A DNA stretch of 64,000 nucleotides, taken from the NCBI GenBank assembly GCA_016782885.1, contig JADHXQ010000009.1, forward strand, positions 276-64,275, in the 5' to 3' direction. A program made the position numbers and the translations under genes. The notes under the pieces are model-generated. The model was not told the DNA's origin, searched no databases, and saw nothing but the letters and a program-made list of their open reading frames with translations. This document shows positions 63,690 to 64,000 of this stretch, in pieces. Numbering within the stretch: the first letter of the stretch is position 1; every line of letters begins with the position of its first letter. The DNA comes from Phycisphaerae bacterium (lineage in GTDB: Bacteria > Planctomycetota > Phycisphaerae > SM23-33).

Positions 63690-63887
63690 CTCTGTGCTCC
63701 TGGATCGCTTTTTGAATACCCGTCAATTCAGGCGGGCGAATGCCGTGGTTGTACGCCAGCGCGACCTCGGGGCTCAGCCAGAACTTGGCCTCGCCTCGGC
63801 GCAATATACATGAACGTGCATCCGGTCTTCTTCACGGGAGAAGAAATAGAAACGATATCCACGCCATCTGAAAACAGTGGGGCTCAT
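63649..63887 (-). pseudogene. DUF4160-domain gene with an apparent 1-nt frameshift
   Basis: Frame 1 reads MSPTVFRWRGYRFYFFSREEDRMHVHVYCAEA, then a stop after 5 more codons. A second frame continues EAKFWLSPEVALAYNHGIRPPELTGIQKAIQEHRDEIARAWHGHFRR*. The shift lies within GCCGAGGCGAGGCCAAG near 63787. This could be a real mutation or a sequence error. Confidence 0.5.
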
Positions 63888-63971
63888 ACCGCCATTCTAC
63901 GCCCGCCGGCGCCGTGCCGCAAGCCCGTATCACGTCGTCTCGCATCAGTCTCCAGCAATATTATACACGAT

Positions 63972-63989
63972 TGAAGCACCTGAAGCACC
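63972..63989. repeat. tandem 9-nt word TGAAGCACC x2
   Basis: Perfect doublet followed by TTTTT. The word CTGAAGCAC also forms the loop and 3' arm of the hairpin at 8413..8437. Confidence 0.85.
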
Positions 63990-64000
63990 TTTTTCCATCC

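Overview
GC-rich (about 60% by eye) bacterial chromosomal window, densely coding, with about 50 supportable CDS. Gene content fits an anaerobic, polysaccharide-degrading member of the PVC group (Planctomycetota/Kiritimatiellota-like; inference only): a Tat-exported sulfatase, two DUF303/SGNH sialate-O-acetylesterase-like enzymes, beta-helix and PQQ-propeller exoproteins, and a PEP-CTERM protein. Respiration and core metabolism: (1) nrfH-nrfA (CxxCK pentaheme nitrite reductase) followed by a Tat-signal aldo/keto reductase and a membrane-anchored octaheme cytochrome; (2) a heme cluster, ccsA/hemX-like - hemA - cobA::hemD fusion - radical-SAM/SPASM::AhbA::AhbB triple fusion; (3) rex-hydE-hydG with a near-consensus Rex operator just downstream of a sigma70-like promoter; (4) thiS-thiG overlapping a small membrane protein and a DinG-like Fe-S helicase; (5) pyk, mnmA, galE, rhlE, an SSS symporter, an ADP-forming acyl-CoA synthetase + ACP + LbH-protein trio, a NarL-type regulator and a GGDEF/HD-GYP protein. 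Accessory material sits in three lower-GC islets and at the right end: brnTA, hicAB, an HNH nuclease, a nonsense-interrupted mrr, a DUF4143 ATPase, a frameshifted DUF4160 with DUF2442, a pRiA4b-ORF3-like gene and an orphan 3' fragment of mnmE. No rRNA, tRNA or CRISPR array was seen. The most unusual signal is non-coding. From 28.6 kb onward many of the longer spacers are built of tandemly doubled 6-14-nt words and of a mosaic dispersed element family. That family has a CCACGGAAAACACGGAA core, with 36/38-nt copies in opposite orientation at 30.0 and 60.2 kb. A ~120-nt upstream element is also shared by rex-hydEG and a double zinc-ribbon gene. All family names come from motif recognition only; no database search was possible.
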